Below, piece by piece: positions 63,251 through 64,000 of a DNA stretch of 64,000 nt. The stretch lies in assembly GCA_964234715.1 (NCBI GenBank), contig OZ174287.1; one strand, given 5' to 3'. The DNA comes from Podarcis melisellensis (taxonomy: Eukaryota). The position numbers and the translations under genes are program-made. The stretch's first letter is position 1; each line of letters begins with the position of its first letter. Under the pieces are notes generated by a model that had not been told where the DNA came from, did no database searches, and saw nothing but the letters and a program-made list of their open reading frames with translations.

Positions 63251-64000
63251 AGCAAGCTGTGGGGAGGAAGAGGCTGAGAAGTGGCTAATCTTGGGTGCGG
63301 GGAAGAGGTGGCTTCGTGGGTGCTGGTGGTGGTCTGCTTTATCCTGCCAGCTATGAGCCTTGGAAGGAGGTGGTGGGTCATGGGAGCCTCTTGAAGGATC
63401 CGGGAAGTCTGCCGTCATGTATATAGTTTTTTTGGAGGGGTGTGCGTGTGTATGTGTTAATGCGCGTTCGGTTTCCTGGACTTCGGATTAACTCAAGGTG
63501 TTGGGTCTGTCGGCGGAGATGTTTGCTCTCCGTGCTCCCTCCAAAAAGTGTGAGGGGTCTGCGTGCGCCCCTGATATAGGTTATTGCCCCTGAAGTATGT
63601 ATTAGGTACACTTTGCGGGCCCTCCCCTAATGGCGGGGAGCGTCTGGAGAGACGCGGAAAAGGGAATAATTGTAGGGCTGTTGCAGGTGGGTTGGAAACC
63701 CCATGCTGTTCCCTCAACTACAAGGAAAACGGCTGCTGAAAGCGAGGGTCCCATCTGCACTATGAATTTGAAGTGGTTTTGTACCGCTTTAAACAGACGT
63801 GCCCCCCCTCCCGCTCAAGCATCCTGGAAAGTGGAAGAGGACTTAAGAGGCTTAAAAGTTGTGAGGAGAGTTGAGCGTCAATTCCGGGAATTTCCTGGGA
63901 AGAAGGATTGATTGTTAAACCTCTCTGAGACTGTGAGCTGAATGTGTATGTGAGGGGGGAGGGGTGTCTCATGACAACTCTCAGCACACTTATAAACTAC

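Overview
Vertebrate genomic DNA from a squamate, probably a lacertid lizard judging by the Sauria SINE with an (ACCTTT)n tail and a Squam3-like SINE. It covers the ATP6V0A1-CAVIN1-STAT3 block known from human 17q21.2. Minus strand: the 5' half of ATP6V0A1 (V-ATPase subunit a1), with a CpG-island promoter and non-coding exon 1 near 18.1 kb and nine coding exons from 15542 down to 58; the gene continues beyond the left edge. Plus strand: complete two-exon CAVIN1/PTRF (26111-26536 + 49941-50624, 369 aa). Plus strand at 62.6-63.3 kb: a CpG island with a CRE+STAT-site module, inferred to be the STAT3 promoter and first exon. Introns and intergenic DNA carry hAT and Tigger-like MITEs, SINEs, CR1/L2 fragments and one solo LTR. 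Most notable observations: (i) a 90-bp-arm inverted Penelope-like repeat with minimal hammerhead-ribozyme cores on both strands, inserted in a (TA)n tract in the CAVIN1 intron; (ii) a candidate in-frame alternative last exon of CAVIN1 that would give an HR1-only cavin; (iii) a young-looking solo LTR with long open frames on both strands; (iv) an extra heptad in the cavin1 UC1 repeat; (v) a conserved tandem acceptor in ATP6V0A1 with adjacent RBFOX and QKI/branch motifs. I cannot claim a wholly new biological system; these are testable hypotheses. Almost all other ORF-track entries are spurious.
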